A DNA stretch of 15,751 nucleotides from Pseudomonadota bacterium (GTDB lineage Bacteria; Bdellovibrionota; Bdellovibrionia; Bdellovibrionales; SG-bin7). Where the stretch lies: assembly GCA_034439715.1 (NCBI GenBank), contig JAWXAY010000041.1, positions 1 through 15,751 on the forward strand, written 5' to 3'. The notes below the pieces were generated by a model. It saw only the letters and a list, made by a program, of their open reading frames with translations, did no database searches and was not told where the DNA came from. Shown here one piece after another: positions 14,333 through 15,751 of the stretch; position 1 is the first letter of the stretch, and each line of letters begins with the position of its first letter. The position numbers were made by a program, and so were the translations under genes.

Positions 14333-15643
14333 ATGAAATTACTAATTAAAATTACTTTTATCTTTTTGATGCCGACGCTGGTGCTTGCTCGAGGTGCTGG
14401 TGGTGGTGGCGATTCCGACGAGGCTATTATTTTACGTCAGGATGTTCGCGAAAGATTGATTCTTCCTTCGGTGCATCACCTTAATAGTTCAGACAAAGCT
14501 TACCAGGTCGAGTTTTGTGAGGCCGCGAAAAGTGGTCTTAAAAAACTCCAGGTAGACGATGAGGTTATGGCGAAGGCTAACGAAGTCTGCAGTAGTAATA
14601 ACCTAATGTTTGTTAAGCATACCCTGCGTTCGAACGATGGCTTTGCCTTAACTGCGATGAATTGGCCTGAGAGTTCTAAAATAGCAATAAATGGCTATCG
14701 TATGGAACAATTACGCCGTTATTTCTCGCCAAAATCTTATCAGACTATTTTGCAAATGATCGGGGCGCACGAGATATTGAGTCTCATGGGTCTTGAGACC
14801 AGCGAAAATTATGGCGAGAGTTCTAAACTTCTTACTATAGAAGGACTCACGGGAATTCGCTCGCAGAACGCCTTGGAGCAAGCCATTGGCCAAAAGGCGT
14901 TGCGCTTTCAAACTGAGCGCAAAACTTCAGATCTATATATTGGTCTAAGTTTTCATCAGATCCGTGAACAACTGATGTCTTTTTCTCCTGCTTTTGATCG
15001 CGAAATAGAAAATACTCTAGACAACAATTATAAACGTGATTTTCGCTCGCGTCGTGCTGATCGAGGAAATACTTATTTAGTTCCATGGAATGACCACTTA
15101 CTAAATCCTGTTATCACAAGACTTCTTGAGTTCATTCGCTCACTTTCAGTAACTGTTCAAGTAGAAGTTAAACCATCTTGGGCGCTAGCAATACAGTTGC
15201 ATCAAGTGCTATTGGGGCTTTTGGATTTACCGAAGCTCGAAGGCTATACCGTCAAGATTTCTTCGGGTCATTTATTTTCCTTTGCTAGTGATATTGATAT
15301 TGATCATTCTCAGAAACTTATTGAAGTCACAATGATGGAAGGTCTCAATAAAGAATTTTCAACCTTGCATGAACAATTTAGGTTCGAAATCATTCGCCCC
15401 GAGGCTGAGTTTTTGCAAAGACCCAAAGGTGTGGTGGAAGTAATTCAAAACTGGCCAGAAATTAATATCGGCCGGATAAAGTCAAAGTACGTAGTGACCA
15501 TTCAAAGTGGACATTTTATTTTTAATTCAGATCAACCAGCTTATCTTGACACCGCCATGTTGTCGTCGTCGACGAATACAGTGAGTTCCAGAAAATCTTT
15601 AGGTTTGGTGACGAGAACAAAGTTTGTTGAAGCCATTAAATAG
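14333..15643 (+). CDS. Secreted hypothetical protein with N-terminal GAGGGGD motif (436 aa)
   Basis: ATG 14333 with AAAGGT RBS (14320-14325). Signal peptide ending VLA, then RGAGGGGD; internal AHEILSLMGLE..ENY..SS motif. Divergent from the TIGR02147 gene. Confidence 0.82.
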   Translation: MKLLIKITFIFLMPTLVLARGAGGGGDSDEAIILRQDVRERLILPSVHHLNSSDKAYQVEFCEAAKSGLKKLQVDDEVMAKANEVCSSNNLMFVKHTLRSNDGFALTAMNWPESSKIAINGYRMEQLRRYFSPKSYQTILQMIGAHEILSLMGLETSENYGESSKLLTIEGLTGIRSQNALEQAIGQKALRFQTERKTSDLYIGLSFHQIREQLMSFSPAFDREIENTLDNNYKRDFRSRRADRGNTYLVPWNDHLLNPVITRLLEFIRSLSVTVQVEVKPSWALAIQLHQVLLGLLDLPKLEGYTVKISSGHLFSFASDIDIDHSQKLIEVTMMEGLNKEFSTLHEQFRFEIIRPEAEFLQRPKGVVEVIQNWPEINIGRIKSKYVVTIQSGHFIFNSDQPAYLDTAMLSSSTNTVSSRKSLGLVTRTKFVEAIK

Positions 15644-15751
15644 CACTTGTAAAGTGAAAAATTTTGAGACATCATCGGGTCCAGAAAAATAGCTGGTAAT
15701 TTCTTTTTTGTATTTTCCCAATGCATATATTGCATGTATCGTTCAACGTAG

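Noticed and set aside
275..15735. Short alternative-frame and antisense ORFs (e.g. 275-556, 1243-1449, 2043-2237, 5348-5632, 6110-6394, 6494-6700, 7000-7215, 7312-7494, 8926-9919, 10696-10878, 13540-13788, 14711-15086, 15541-15735)
   Set aside because: Each overlaps a longer, better supported gene and shows no recognisable motif.

Overview
Bacterial chromosomal window, probably Bdellovibrionota/Oligoflexia. That assignment is an inference from the [FY]-[QE]-N-C lipoboxes, a TIGR02147-like regulator and secreted proteins starting with a G-rich 'GNGGD' motif. The left part holds three tandem lipoprotein genes, an XerC/D tyrosine recombinase, a ComM/YifB AAA+ ATPase and tRNA-Cys(GCA). The rest looks accessory: an Ig-like repeat lipoprotein, an ECF sigma/RskA-type anti-sigma pair, a DUF1428 gene, and a lipoprotein with 12 Cys-pair repeats ending in a c-type heme domain. 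It ends with four secreted hypothetical proteins arranged around a TIGR02147 regulator. Most notable: (1) an unidentified, densely base-paired + strand RNA-like element with a possible pseudoknot at about 11045-11201; (2) a shared ACGCA-S-TGCGT near-palindrome 43-44 nt upstream of the secreted-protein genes on both sides of the TIGR02147 gene; (3) the Cys-repeat cytochrome lipoprotein; (4) a tRNA-Cys with co-substituted elbow bases (A18/G55). All family assignments come from motif recognition by eye, with no database search.
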